Positions 1-14,053 of a stretch of 64,000 nucleotides of DNA are shown here, piece by piece (within the stretch, counting starts at the first letter, position 1; each line of letters begins with the position of its first letter). The DNA comes from Vezdaea acicularis (Eukaryota): assembly GCA_026025075.1 (NCBI GenBank), contig JAPEUI010000028.1, forward strand, positions 1-64,000, read 5' to 3'. The notes beneath the pieces were generated by a model. The model had not been told where the DNA came from, searched no databases, and worked only from the letters and a program-made list of their open reading frames with translations. The translations under genes were made by a program, and so were the position numbers.

Positions 1-432
1 AATGTATATAAAAAAAGGGAGGGGAGGGGGATGCGTGAATATCAAGGGTATAACGGAAACCAGGGGAAGTAACCCAGCAAGGCCATCTCATGACCAGCAC
101 GAGCTACAGGACGAGATACAGCATCGAAGATCTTTCATATTTATACAGAGCATAAGACCTAATCCGATACGATACCACACAAACATCTCCCATCTCGCTT
201 CTTCCCCCGCACCCCCTCCCTCAGCAGAGCCATTCTCTAATATGTCCAAAGTTACAAGTATTGCGCTACCAAGGCGTGGGGCTGCTGGGGATACACAACA
301 CGGGAATCAGCTCCACAAATAATCTCACTCTTGCACACAAGCGGTAGCAAGTTCGACCCAGCCAATCCAATCCAATCCACATACGAGTAAAAAAGAAGAT
401 TCGTCCCCATCAGAGCCTGTCTACGAGCATCT

Positions 433-3400
433 CTACGACCCCCTCGGCGGCGGCGGTGCAGCTCCCTGCCTAGCCTGCGCGGCCGCGGCGGCAGCCTGAT
501 ACTGCGGCATGCGGGAATGCGGATCGTAGCTCATGTACGTCTCGGGATGGACTGTTCGCTGCTGCTGCTGTTGCAGCGGCGGCGGCGGCGGTTGCTGTTG
601 TGGCTGGTTCTGCCGTGGCTGGGTAGGCGGCAGTGGTTTCTGCGCATACTGCCAGCCGGCTGGTGGTGGGGGGAACTGCTGCCTTTCCGCGCCGGGCATA
701 TCGCTCTCTGTGAACGTCGGTGCGTGCGGCTCGTTGATGATTGGGATGGTCTGAGCGCCGGCGCCAGCACCAGGAGCATTAGTGGCAGTAGGAAGGGCCT
801 TGCGCTTGCCGTGTGTATTCTGTCGATGGAGCAGGCCACGGACTTCTTCAATGTCGTTGGAGCGGCGAGTGTCTGAGGATGTGCGGCGGAGGGAGGTCAT
901 GTCTTCATGATAGGCCTCCCAGCCGTCTGGGCGGGAGGGGTCGAGGGCGGGGTTGCGGGTGGTGAGGGCTTCGACGGCGGTTTGCTCCGAGGCGGCAGCG
1001 GTGGAAGGGCGGGTCATGTCAGCGTCGGTGGCAGCGGCGGCGACGCTGGGACGCTGCCGCGTCGAGGATTTGGAGGTCGTAAAGAATTCGGTGGCTGTGC
1101 TTTTGGCGGGGTTGAAGCTGTCATTGTGCTCTTCCTCGTCAATGTCTTTGAGGTCGAGGGGCTGTAGGGCGGAGGGGTACAGGCGCTTGGCTTCCTTTTC
1201 GTCAAGATACTTCTTGCGAGCGGCGGCGGCCGTAGCTTCACTAATGGCAACGGAGTAGCTAGGCTTGCCTAGATCGCCAAGAGCGGCGTCGCCGCCGCCA
1301 GGGGCGTAGATGGGGACTTTGCGGAGAGCGAGGACAAGGGCACACATGAACTTGGAGCGTCGTGCCGCGCGGAGACTCTCGTTGGACCAATTGGACTAGG
1401 ACTCTCGTTAGCTGTCTGCCCCTTGTGCCATACCAAAATTCGTTCCTACCTTGTGTCTGATCTCGACCTGCAATTCGAGTTTGTTCATCTCCGCGATGCC
1501 TGTGACTTCGACGTCGATCTCCGGCTGGAAGTCGCGACTGTTCTCTTTGTCCAGCACAAACGATTGCATCTCGTTCTTCAGCGCGTGGATATCCTCCAGC
1601 TTCGTATCAAAGTTGATGTACATCAAAACTCGCTCCCTCATTGCCTTTGACCTTGTGATGTTCTCAATCCAGGTCTGATTCAAGACGATGTTCGGAATCT
1701 GGACGGTCTTGTGATTATCGACTCGTTTGAAGATTGTGAAGAGGAGTGATATGTGCTCAACGGTAAGCATTTTGGTATCAATATCAACTCGATCGCCCAC
1801 GTCGTACGGATGTTTGACAAACAAGAAGACGCAAGACCCAAGCACCTCTTGGGTAGTAGCTGCGAAGACGAAGGACAACGACAGGAGAGCTGTGCCGGCC
1901 GTGGCCAGAGTTGTGGTGAACGAGGTATTGAGAAATCCGACAAAGACCAAAACAACGATGATCGCCACGACCGCGGATAGAAGCTGATCAAGGACGTGGA
2001 TAGCCTGGTCGACATCATGCATACTGCTGGCAAGTGAATGACGCTCATGCCCGTATTCTACAACAGTCATGATCATCTCATCCAAGCTGACATCGCCGTT
2101 GCCATCTCGATCCAATGCTGCAAAGCATTCTTCGGCCTCGTCGTGACGTTGGGACCCTAATACCTCGACAATATCTTCCCGGAATAGGGCATCCTTTCCC
2201 TCAACTACAAAGGACATCCACAACCGTTTGGCTAACGCCTCGGAGGACCTTGTCTTCTCTAAGGCTTCGACAACGACAGAGTGAGCGGAGGTAGGATTAA
2301 AGACTTGCTTTCCAGTAATCTCCTGAGCAACATTACCGAACGCTGATGTGATTTTGTCGCCTACACGGCCGATATCACGGAGTACTCGTAAGGGCGTCGC
2401 AGAACCGGATCGATTGTGGCTTGCAACCTTCGTTGTTTGTACGGAAATGGAATCGTTGATGACATAGTCCTCCTCCGCAAATTCGGCGCAATACGCAGGA
2501 AACAGAGTCCGTGAAGCGTCATAGAGCAAGCTGAGCAGATAGATGTTATGTTTCGAGCTCCTGATCTTAGCATTGAACTGTCTTCGATGATACCCAATGG
2601 AGATCATTTGAATGAGAAACTTCTCCACTAGATATACCAAGGATGCAACAAGGAGGGCGGCGAGGATCTTGCTTAGCACGTCCTCCCAGTGCCTGGTGGC
2701 AGTTCCACTGGGGCCAGCCTTCCGAGCATCGGGATTCTGCGTCATGAGCTAAAGGACGAGTCAGCTTGTCTTGCAGTTCATCTCGAGAATACTCACTGGT
2801 CGGAATGTGGCCAGATTGACGACGGACCATCCAACAAGGGTGATTGGAGTTTCCAGTGACCTAAGGACCATGGCATACTTGCGCGTACCCGAGCTAACGA
2901 TCCCACAGAGGAATTGAAAGATGGAAGGCAGGAAGTGAGCGAAGAGCTTAGAGACCCAAAGGCCTAACCACATTATCTCAATCCAGGTAAAGAACCATAC
3001 GATTCGCACGTTGTCAACTTTTGCCTTTTTGGCCGCGGTAGCCCCTATGATGATAGGAATGGCGATGATTAAAGCCACCGGCAGGACATAGACGAACCAC
3101 CTGGTGACAACGGAGAAGTTCAGAATCTTGCTGTAGATTCTTCCCATCTGCGTCATAATCTCCTCGTCATCCTGGTGGTGTGGTCGTCCATGGCCCTGAC
3201 TCTGAGGAACCTTATGTCGTTTTCCCGCGCCCCGATTGAAGAGGCCACTCTTCTCGGTTTGCTTTTCGGGCTGGGTGTATTGACTAAATGTCGATGATTC
3301 CATGTTCTTGTTCGTATGGCTTTGTTGCACGGGCGTTAGGGGTATGTCGACCGTGACGTCCCCAGGCATTGTCGTGGGCTTTGATTTCGATAGTGGAACG

Positions 3401-3465
3401 AAACCCTCACGCGAGAAACGGCGTTGATCGGATTTCGGGGTGGATTTGGGAGAGCGTAGAGACAT
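433..3465 (-). CDS. MscS-family mechanosensitive ion channel with EF-hand (Msy1/Msy2-like), 3 exons
   Basis: Exons 3465-2797, 2748-1450 and 1395-433 join in frame via GT-AG introns. Contains TM helices, an EF-hand loop DRDGNGDVSLDE, the MscS motif FLFVKHPYDVGDRVDI and a Q/P-rich tail. Alternative ATG at 3369. Confidence 0.93.
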
Positions 3466-4976
3466 TGAATAGAGCTACGTCAGGTGGCTCGAAACAATTG
3501 TGGTAGGGCTGTGCAAAGGTTCGTATGGATCTTTTCAAAATGAGTGGTTTCAGCTCCGTGTTGCCGGGGCTGTAGTTTGAGGATGATGCTCTCGAAGCAC
3601 CAATACGAGAAAATTTCTGAATATATGGCAGCTGCTCATCCACCAAGATCTAACGGTGTTGGCGTAAAGCGACAGCAGATCGTAGCGCCAGCGGTACGAT
3701 GGGCGAGCTCAAAGGCTGAAGTGTCGAAGTCAAAGTTGTGATACCACGCGTCGTAGTCCCCGTCAAATGCGAGAGACAAATATCGAAAGTCCGTGAAGAG
3801 ATAGCAACGAATGAAACTTGGATTGTAGAAGGCACTGACCCGATGGTGGACAGATGCAGTGCAGAAGAAAAGGAAGCACCGTCAAGGTTGCTGCTAGTTG
3901 CAAAAGGATTGAACGCGTGGGCACGCCAAAGCAGAACGTGGCGAGCAAGCAAAAGGATCGTCGTAAAAGGAAAAAGTGGTCGGAGGGACGAGGGGGATTG
4001 CTAGAGTCGATCAAGGTCAAGGGAAAAGACTGAACGCACACAAGGAGGAGAGGAGAAGGCCAGAACTGTCTCTCAAGCAAAAGTTCGTGGTGGAGGGCTC
4101 GATGTCAGGGGATGGCGCCGCGCTACGGGAGCGCCCAGCTGCAAGGGACCGCCGAAACAGCAGCCACCGGGCCCGAGGAGAAGGCCGGGCCTGTGATCCC
4201 TTCGGACGGGCGTCAACGAATCACGGGCGCGGGGTTGGCCTGCCGCGTTTCTCCATTGCCTCAGCCGACAGCCCGATAGGAACTTCTTCCTCGCAGGCTC
4301 GTGGACGATGGACCCTCTGAACCTTATACGACTTTGCCTTCTCCTCTTCTCTCTCCGTTCCATCTCAAGCGGGGTCCTTTCCTATCGGCATGGCTCTGGC
4401 TAAATAGCGATCACGGCAACTGCTGGAGATGCTTTCTGCTATATCGCCGTCTCACGTTTGACCGTTTTATCCGTTGACTATCACTCCGCTCCTCGTGGGC
4501 TCTGGCCATCTGCAGCCCCAAGCTTTAGTTTGCGTAAAAGTGAAACTGATCCAACTGTGGTCCACGATCCCAAGTGGCGGCATCGCTTGTTCACCACATG
4601 GCTTGCTCAGGTACAGGATCATATCGTGGCCAATGCCCTTGCGAAACATCGTCATGGCAGTGAAAGAAAAACGCGTAGGAAAAGCCAATGTTGACGTAGA
4701 TGCACGATTCATCCCTCACGAACCACCGTCCATGAAGCTGTTCACTCTGATGAAGTAGTTGATGTAGGAGTACAATCGCACCGCTACCCCAAATTGAAGG
4801 AGACTCAGCTCGCACCCTCCAACTGCGAAACGTGAAATCCAGAGCGCGCTGGTGGCTTGTTTCAGGACTCGCGTAGACGCCACCGCCTCGGCTCACACAC
4901 CGATGACGAGGGGAGGGCCGGCTTCATGAGTCTCGGCCTGAACAACTTCTTATCGCACGACAAGATCTTATCGACG

Positions 4977-5960
4977 ATGACGGAGGAAGCTCCGACGCAT
5001 GAGAGCATGCCAATCAACCCGACCAGGGCGAAGCAGCTGGCCGAGAACATCGCGGGCATCACCTCCCGCATCCAAGCTGCATCGAAGGGCAGAGATGTAG
5101 GTGCTCCAACTCGGGGGGAAAACCGCGTCCACCTCTCCTTTTCTATATGCCCCAATCAGACAGCCCCTCCCTCTCTCTCCTACACTTACCCCCAGATCCA
5201 AACCATCTAAGGACCCCCCATAGCTAACCTCACCCACCAGGTCCGCCTCGTCGCCGTCTCCAAGCTCAAACCCGCCAACGACATCCTCGCCCTCCACTCT
5301 TCCCCAACCTCCCACCAGCACTTCGGCGAGAACTACCTCCAAGAGCTACAAGAAAAAGCGCGCCTGCTCCCCCCGTCCATAAAATGGCACTTCATCGGCG
5401 GGCTGCAAAGCAACAAATGCCAGCCCCTCGCATCCAGCATCCCCAACCTGTACTGCGTCTCTAGCATCGACAGCATCAAGAAAGCCAACGCCCTCGAAAA
5501 GGGGCGCGCTGAGCTCGTTGCCGCCAATAGTAGTCTCGCCGCTGCTAACGATAATAAACTGAACATCCACGTCCAAGTCAACACCTCCGGCGAGCCGAAC
5601 AAAAGCGGCGTCTCCCCCAACGCCGCACTAGAGCTCTGCCAGCACATCCGGGATCACTGCCCGCACCTGCGCCTCGCAGGCCTGATGACCATCGGCGCGC
5701 TCGCACGCTCGAAAGCAACAACGCCCGAGACGGAGAACGAGGACTTCATTAGCCTGCGAACGACACGGGATCAAGTCGCAGAAGCGCTAGGAGTGGGCGC
5801 GGACCAGTTGGAGCTGAGTATGGGGATGAGCGAGGATTTCGAGGGGGCGGTCAGGTTGGGCAGTGATGAGGTGAGGGTGGGGAGTACCATCTTTGGGGAG
5901 AGGCCGTTGAGGAAGGATGCGAAGATTAAGGAGGAAGGGGGGGAGGAGGTCGTGGGATGA
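4977..5960 (+). CDS. PLPBP: Pyridoxal-phosphate homeostasis protein (YggS/PLPBP family), 2 exons
   Basis: Exons 4977-5096 and 5241-5960. Motifs VRLVAVSKLKP, FGENYLQEL, WHFIGGLQSNK, QVNTSGE, LSMGMSEDF and VRVGSTIFG. An in-frame upstream ATG lies at 4926. Confidence 0.95.
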
Positions 5961-6224
5961 GTTGTGAGGGCATATTCTGTGAGATACTCTACGCCGTATA
6001 CCTATCACGACGAATCAAGAGCAAGCATTCTCAACCAAGACCATTCATTCAGGAGCGAGCAATGTACATCCCCAAAATCCCCACTCAAACGAGCACAAAA
6101 ATAATCTCCCAAACGACATCTTTTTGTAATGCCCGTGTCAGACAATGAAAAAGCGTCCTGAAAAAAAACTCCCATATATGCGATCGCTCAATGTATTCAA
6201 CGACGAAAACTAGCCCCCTCTCTT

Positions 6225-9200
6225 TCATCGACCGTTGGAAGAGCTAGCAGCCTCGACCCCGACCGAGAGCCGCTCCTCCATGATTTTCAGGAGCACCGGC
6301 GGCACGGACTCGTCCGTGGCGCGTATCGTCATTCGATAGAACTATTATACAGCGTCAGCGGCTGGAAAACCAGTTTAAAGGAGATGGGTTGGAATGCTCC
6401 TTACGTTCGTCTCGAAGTTGGGCTCAAGCCTCAAGAGGCAGCCAAATCTGCCTCCCTGACTTGTATGTAGCACGCTCGCACCAACGATGTTCTTCGCGTT
6501 CGTGTCAACACCATCCAAGACTCCCCATTTGAAGCCCTCAACCGTCTGTCTCGTGAAGGCAGAGTCGATACGTCGGCCCTTGCCCTGCAGGCCGAATACT
6601 TTCTGAGCTTCCCGTGGCGGCCCCCCAATTTGCCTCCATCGCTTGAAGAAATCGTCCGAGCTCAGCTCGGCCGCGTCCATGAACTTGTGGATCACGACGG
6701 GGAGTTGGAGCGTGATTGCCTGCAGAGCGCCGGCAAGATACGAGATTCGAATTGTGGGGGGATCGGCGAAGACGCTTTTCGCCTCGAACATGATCATCTG
6801 CTGGCTCTGTACTTCTGGCGCAATGGTCGAGTCTGGAAGGATCTTCGTGTCGGCTTTGAGCTGCTCTGATGAGCTGTTGTCGAGTGTTGTGGTCACGGAT
6901 CCAATCGATGTGGATGATTTATTCAATATGTAGATCATGACACAACCTATCTGGCCACGGTACTCACTCCGAAGTCCAACTTGAATTTGAGCATCCTCGT
7001 ATAGGACACCCTCATTCTTTAGAAGGAGTTTATTGTACCCGAGCTCCCAATCAGGGCTAAGATGAGCGGCGCTGGCTAGGTTCGGGGCTTTTTGGGTCTT
7101 CTGAGCTTCTGCTGACATGTCAAGTCCAGCAAGCTCACTCACGCCCTTCTTGCCAGTCCCATTCGGGGACAAGGCATGAGATCCATTCAGCGCTGGGGTA
7201 CTAGAAGTAGTAAAGGATCTCTTCAATCCTGTGTTCTTGACCAGATTGAATTCTTTCGGATCGGCGTTCGCATCCTTGCCGCCAACGACCCATGTACGCT
7301 TATCGCCCGTGCCGGCATGTTTCTGGTGGAGTCGAGACAGAAGAGCAGACGCACGTTCAGGAAAAGGTGGCATTTCGTCACAGACTGTGTGTAGGAGGTC
7401 GTCGTTAGGTAGTGTAGCGATGGTCAAATATTCGCAAGCCCGTTGCTGCAGTTCTGAATCCAGAGCATGGCTGTAAGCTCGGAAGACCTGCAGTAGCTGA
7501 GGCTTGATCTCAGGGAAAAGATTCACATATTTGATATACGATGAGAGAATGATCGCTTTAGTGCCGGGTGAACAACCTTGCATTTTGCCCTGTAGGGCAA
7601 GGAACTGCTCAATCGGACTTGCACCTTTGTTATCTGCGATTAGGTGGCCAAACTCGCCTAATATGTATGCAGCAATCTTGACCAACGTCTCGTGGCAGTG
7701 ATCTGCCTTGGCATATTGCAGTGTGTTTTGTGCTGCATATACCTGAAGCTCCTCGTTGTTCGTAACAATCTGGATGACGCGCTGCCAGACTTCATCGCTG
7801 ACATGATCGCCGGCCATTGAGATGAGCCGTAACGATATGTCTACGTACCACTGGATGTCCGTAGCATATTTCTCAGTCAATATCGCAATTTTTAGTACCA
7901 TTTCCTCACGAATAGCGTAGTCGGCCTTTTCCAGATAACGTAGAAGCTCATGAACGATCGGTCTTGAATTCGTTTGGTCGCACATGCTGTAGAGCAAATC
8001 AAGTCCCTTCCGCCGTACGCTGATATCACGGTCTCGAAGCGACTCGATAATGATCCTTTGGTGACGCTTGAAAGGCTCAAGGTTCTCTGATCTTGCAGCT
8101 AAATGTGTCATCGCCTCTAGACCAAGGTATCGCACATTTGTTTCTTTCGATTGGATGAACTTGCCAAGTCTAGAAGAGATCTGGACCATAAGATTTGATT
8201 CTGTGTCAAGATGTATTATGAGGTTGATGGCTTCAAAAAGGACCGCATTTTGTGCATTATTTTGCTGAACATTCCTTGGCATCTCCAAAGCGTTATCTAA
8301 TATCTTCTGCAGGGATTCTCGAATTAGGGTTCTCGCATGCGTATCCTCTACAATTAAGCAGACTTTAGCTTATGTAGGAATTCGAAATAGATCATGATTT
8401 TGTACGAACCTGATGGTGGGTAATATTGAAGCAGCCTGAGGAGCTTCACCTGGATCCATGGACATGGGACCTTATAATACAAATAGTCTGCTGCCACATC
8501 GTTTTCAACTACGATCTTTTTTAGCCGGCTGGCAGCCTTAATGTAGCAGCCTTTGTATTGCTCAGGGTTGTCCTGAGCAAGAGCCATGACGAGAGAGGTA
8601 ACGGAAAGTGTAACGCCCATATCTGAATCGTCCATCAATGAAATAATTCGTTCGGCCCATTCCATCTGAACAATTGAAGGGTACTTCCGATAGAGGCGAA
8701 GGAGCGTCAACGCTGCCTTTTTCTTGACAAACGCTTTGGAGGTGCTACAGAGTATTGTCAGCGATAGCGAGCTTAAACTTAAAGAATCTTGCTTACGGGG
8801 AAATCAGTAGTCGATGTACATCGCCACTCAGCGACTCCCCCATTTCTTTGCCTCCGACATTAGCTATCGCATGTAGGGCAAGGCAGTTGAACAGCTCATT
8901 GTGATCTAACAAGTCTTTCCTGATGCTGTTCACCACTAAATGAAGTAGTTCATGCTTTTCATGAAGGAAAAGAGTGACAGCTAAGTAACCAATCTGCTTC
9001 TCGGAGTACTTGTTTGCTGATATCAAGTTTACAGCTTCGAGATGACCAAAGTCAACATTCCAGCCCAGAATGTAGATATAGAGAAGCTACAGTTCAACTC
9101 CTTAGCTGAGGCAAGCCGAACGCGAGCTTCCGCAGGTTCATACCTTGCAGACGTATTTTTTCTTCGAATAACCGTTCAAGCCCCCATCTGTAATATGTTA

Positions 9201-9513
9201 GCTGACATTGCGACTCTTCTTAGGATGATCCTGCCTTTAAACTTGTTCCTATTTCAGGTTAGAGGTGATCAAAACTAAGATAGGGAGTATCGGCCCACTG
9301 ACCGTATATTGGCTAATTCCTTATTGATTCTCTTCTCTTCTAGCTCCCTGGCTCTTGCATTCCTAAGGTCCGCAATGAAAGCCACGAGTCCTACACAAGC
9401 GTTGAGCCTCAAAGTCCTGAACATGTAGCAAGTACAACTATCATACCCTTCATGGATGACGGATTACCTGAGCTTCCTCGGCTTAGGAAGCTCGTGCTCC
9501 CAGACCTTTCCAT
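6225..9513 (-). CDS. APL3: AP-2 adaptor complex alpha subunit, multi-exon
   Basis: Spliced N-terminus MKGLVAFIADLRNARARELEEKRINKELANIR, adaptin trunk (YSEKQIGYLAV, RDRDISVRRKGLDLLY), alpha-ear domain and last exon FYRMTIRATDESV ending at TGA 6227-6225. Confidence 0.95.
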
Positions 9514-10317
9514 ATTGAAAGGCCGGCCAAGTGACTATGTTGATCTATACCGAAGGTCAGATGGACTTGAACCATTCGTCAAGTCACTGAACCAGACACC
9601 CGCCCGCACGCGCAGGCGCTTCGACCGTGTCCTCCCAGTTTTCGGTCGAATTGCTATTCATGAAAGAAGGCGGTTCAAGCCCGAAAATGAGCGATGGATG
9701 TGAGTACCGTGACCGGGAAGTGCTGTCGCATGAGCGGACCGTCATCTACTGAGCCGATCAGTAGAGCTGGCTAGTATTAAACGGACTGGCTTCGGATAGC
9801 CTCAGAGGGAAACCGACAGAGACAGACTTAGAGGTAGGCCAATTAAAGTTAGCCGCCAGTCATGATTTTGTGCACTTCTTGTAGGAATTAGCGATGTTGA
9901 ATTGTGAGTTCGGGGATGTGTAGCCTCTACACAGGTCTTAACATTGAGCGATACCGAGGGGCCCAAGCCTTGGGACAAACTATCCTCATGCAGCTAACAC
10001 GCTGTATGGTCTGTACCTGCGCCGAAACTCCACCACAAAAACTATCACTATTTCGAAATTTCAGTGCTTGATACTCGGCTGGATCTTTTGAGCGAGTATC
10101 AAATTCTCAGTCATCTATATCGAGCGTCTCACATGAGCTTTTGCATCTTGAAATTATGATGGGTTCTTTTGCTATCTAGGTCCACGAAACCTTGGCATCT
10201 CAATGGTATAGCAGCCCAATACCTTCAAATTCTAGCCAGCGCCCAGAACGCCAGCCTCCATCCACTATACACATCCTGTCTTCAACTGCCCACATGGTAT
10301 GTCATTCCACTTTTCAC

Positions 10318-10803
10318 TCAGGCCTTTCCAGTGAAGTCAATCTCCCCCGGCAGAAGGCCACCATCTGCAGCCTTTTCGCATGTGCAGGCGCCTGAACGCA
10401 CCTCAATCAATGATCATATAGGTAGCATGAAGAAAGTAGACACTTACCGGCAGATCTCTTTCCACAAGAGCAGGTCGCTCCAATAACCGCGCTATTCTCC
10501 GTCTCTGCTCTGTCACAAGTGCATTCGCCCTGTGGTCGGGCTCCTACATTTCTATCAGCTACGGTGCCTTGGAGTTGATTTACATGCTTTCAATATATGG
10601 TGAATTGACGCAAAGAAGGGTACAAGAAATGTGAGACGTGTGCACTTACGGCAAGAACATCGAGGTCCAGTCACAGCATTTTCAGTTGCGGATTTGGCGC
10701 AATTGCAGTTCATAGCAGACTGTGCTCCGCAAGAACACTTAGCTTGAGAGGCACACACACAAGACTCGCCACTACGGCGGCAACAAGTCGTCGGCATCGT
10801 CAT
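10318..10803 (-). CDS. Cys-rich metallothionein / copper-resistance protein (Crd2/CmtA-like), 3 exons, 107 aa
   Basis: Exons 10803-10650, 10543-10448 and 10391-10318 give repeated CxC units: TTCC..CVC..CSCG..CNC..CSCRARPQGECTC..CSCGKR..ACTCEKAADGGLLPGEIDFTGKA*. Confidence 0.88.
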
Positions 10804-10975
10804 GCTGAGAGGTCGAAAGTTATGTGGTTGGTGGGGTACAGACTGGTGGCGGAGGGGGGTTATAATCGTGGCGATCTGAATGGTAAAAAGGCTTTGGTCT
10901 GAGGTGTATGTTGTTTATTCTGTGAAAGAGATTGAAGTTAGGAATCAATAATCTAGGTCCCAGGAAGGCCCGTGT

Positions 10976-11164
10976 TATATGTGTAATATCCTCTTCAGGC
11001 TGTGTTGATGAAATGCGGAAAGCTGAGTAAAGCAGGGACGCTGATTGGCTGATTTCTCCGTGACCACCTTCCCACCGTGAAGGTCAGCTGCAGTGCCGAG
11101 CCCGACGCCAGCCACTTAATGAAAAAACATTACCGTGGAAGCCACGCGAGGATTATTGGGCTGA
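10976..11164. promoter_or_regulatory. Putative copper-responsive promoter of the metallothionein gene
   Basis: TATAA on the minus strand at ~10976-10980. Cluster of GCTG cores, two of which match the Ace1-type HTHNNGCTGD consensus (10994-11003, 11155-11164). Confidence 0.4.
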
Positions 11165-12085
11165 AACGAAATGCTGGCTTTTCAAGTGGGCGGGGAAAGT
11201 CTCCAAACAGAGAGCGCTTTTAGCGTAGTCCTCTCTTGGTGCCTTGGGTGCAGAGGTTGAACTTATGGTGTCTTAGGGATGCGCTGAAAATGACTCTGAG
11301 TGCAAATTAAGACTTTAGAAACTCTGGGTTGACCATGTTGAAGAGTTTTCTGAGGTTCTTGAAGCTCGAGCACCTTCTACCTTCGTTCGGCAAGAGCAAG
11401 AAGCATTTAGGGGTTGAACGCGGCATTCTAGTCACTCTCTTCGGGACATATCAAAGTGCCTTGAATGAGCGAGCACGGGAGAGTGAGGCATTGAAACTAG
11501 AACTTACCCGTTCCCGTGTGATGAGACCTTCTTTCACTAAGACAATTTTACTACAAACCGGTTGTGAAAGTTGTAATTGAACAGCCAAACACAAAGAAGG
11601 CCTCTACCTCCCCCTCGCGACCTCCTTCCCCCCCGGTAGTGCCCCAAACCAACCAAAGCACACATTCGAGTTCTTGGCAGAAGACATGGATTTGCACTCT
11701 GCGCCATTCCTAGAGCGTTCAAATCCAAAGGCTTTTTATACCAAAACCCCTCAGTTCGGGGAGGGGCATTTCGCACCTCTAGAATCTAGCATCTGAACTT
11801 CCAGAATATCCCACTAGATCTATCCCAACAACCGGCTTGGAAAGGGATATACGCTATGTAAAGAAAATGGCATTAACCTTGCAGCAATCTGCTTCCGAGA
11901 CTGACGTTAAGTGCCTGTCCGTTCTATATATAGCCACGTTCTGAAATGCGTCAATATTTGATATGACAGTAATTGAAGCTGCTCGAGGTGGGTGCACCTG
12001 CGCGCGCAATTCGATACACTGAGGAAGCTGAAGAGCATGCAAAGAAATTCTCAAATTGCAATTGATTAGGTCTCGTAACGTGGCG

Positions 12086-13580
12086 ATGTTCTCCTCCATT
12101 TCGGGAAAACTACCCATCCGTTTGCAGTGTGCACCTTCTCCAATTGTTATGCTTGGCCGCATCTTCAATATTCCCTACCCGACCTCCTTTCCTGGCCGGA
12201 GGGTTTTCTCAAACCTCCTAGACATGGTTACTGTTTCCACCATGCCCCGCCCTTGCACTCAAGAATTTCCCAGAAACTTTGGAGTTATAGATAGCTCCCT
12301 CAGCTGGACTTCGCACAATGTAGCAAGGCCTCGGGGCAAGTCACTGCCGTCGCTCTTAGACGCTCAGCAAAACACGGTCGACAATGAACCATCGCAGACA
12401 AGCCAATGCGAGATAACAGGGCTCAGCAAGCGCTCGCCCTTGGCCAAAAGCCAGTCACTGTTATTCAGCCCATGGCTCAATACATCCTCCGTACCAACAG
12501 AAGGTCTATTAACCCCACGGCAGAGCGATTTAATCAATCTGAGCAGACTTAAGGCCGGGCAAATCGGTCTTGGAAGTTCCAAATTCAAGGGCAGGAATGA
12601 CACACAACACAAAGAACCCCTCGAGATTACAACACGTTGTTTGCTCACGCCTGTAGGCCCACCAATCCCTCGTACATCAATGTTACCAAGGTCGAAAACG
12701 ATGGGGTCGCTCCTGCTTCCACAACAGACACGGGATCCAGGGTCCAAGTCAAGCTTCGGATATAGGGATAGAGGCACACCAGAAATACCGCAGCCTGAGC
12801 CTGAAAGGCACCGGAAACCTGCCGGTATAGATAAGTCAAAAAGGCGCTCAACCACGTTCTTCTCCCCTAAGCCACTCCCTGTATTCACAACGAATCCCCG
12901 TCAGGTAAGTGTAATCAGGCATCTTGAAACGTTTTCAAGACTTCAAGTTTCCGAGCACGAAGAGAGAACCAATCGGCAAGCAGCCCGGGGTCGTCTTCAC
13001 GGGTGGCCTGCTGTTGACTCATTTTGCTGATAAATTTCCCATGTAATTTTCCTTGACCTCTGGACTACCCTTGCTAGATCAAGGGTTATCAGCACGGCTC
13101 CTACTGGGCTGGACGCTTTGTTGCTCTATATGACCGGTTCCGCACTGAAGACATGAACAACCCAGACGGAAGCGTTCGCGATAAGGCGGTCGTGCCCGCT
13201 CTGTATGGAGGTCCGAAGATGACAGCCGACGAGAAACGTATCAAACGAGCGTTCATCCATCTGCGGAGCCTCTGCTTGAATGAAGGAGCAAAAAAGAGCT
13301 TAGAGGTGAGTAGGAGGCCGTTTGTGGAGAGTAAAATGCTGAACTTTTCGCTTCAAAGCAATTCCAATTCGAATGGGCAGTCAAGAACGACTATCCTTCG
13401 GTCATTCCTCAGTCGTACGCAAAGAAGTTGGATATCAAGAACGAAACCACCTGGGAAAAGGTTAAGCGGCTTGGGAGAAGGAAGAGTAGCATGGAAAGCA
13501 CGAAAAGTACGAAAAGCTCAAAGAGCTTGAAAAGGCTAAGTGAAATATCCAATTCAGCAGAGAGTTCTGAGAAACCGTGA
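12086..13580 (+). CDS. Hypothetical protein: S/P-rich disordered N-terminus plus compact C-terminal domain, 3 exons
   Basis: Exons end at 12904, then 13078-13305 and 13359-13580, all in frame, giving YWAGRFVALYDRFRTED...RIKRAFIHLRSLCLNEGAKKSLEQFQFEWA. Start codon uncertain (12086, 12224 or 12242). Confidence 0.65.
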
Positions 13581-14053
13581 GACTTTCTCTTCTTCATGCT
13601 TGGGGCCTAGATTTTGTCGGGGATCTCTGGATCTTGACGTGATAAGATCTTGCCGTCCTTATCCCGCCTTGAAAGATGGAAGACCGGCGTCCTGAAATTT
13701 CCTTGGGAGTCATCCTATATCCAAATTCCTCAAGGATGAGCCGTATAGAAGGTTACTTGTAGGACTACGCGTTGATATTCTAGGAGCCCATTATAAAGGC
13801 CTCAAGTAATATCATTCAGTCTCGTGAAGGGCATGGCAGGCGGTCCCGTATTTGAGCCAGATTATAGTTCCACTTTTTAGCACTTCAAGGCAATCACAGA
13901 CATAAGGGGTCGAATTAATACTCGATTAATTCTGAGGCGATGGAACAAATGGAAACACAGATACGCCAGTGACGCCAACTTTGCTCCACACCCCACCGTC
14001 CCAGTTGTATGCGATAGCAAAACGCCTCGTCAGCATGCTGGTTCTATGACGCT

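Noticed and set aside
557..605. CTG/CGG trinucleotide runs
   Set aside because: They encode the poly-Q/P tail of the MscS channel; ordinary low-complexity coding sequence.
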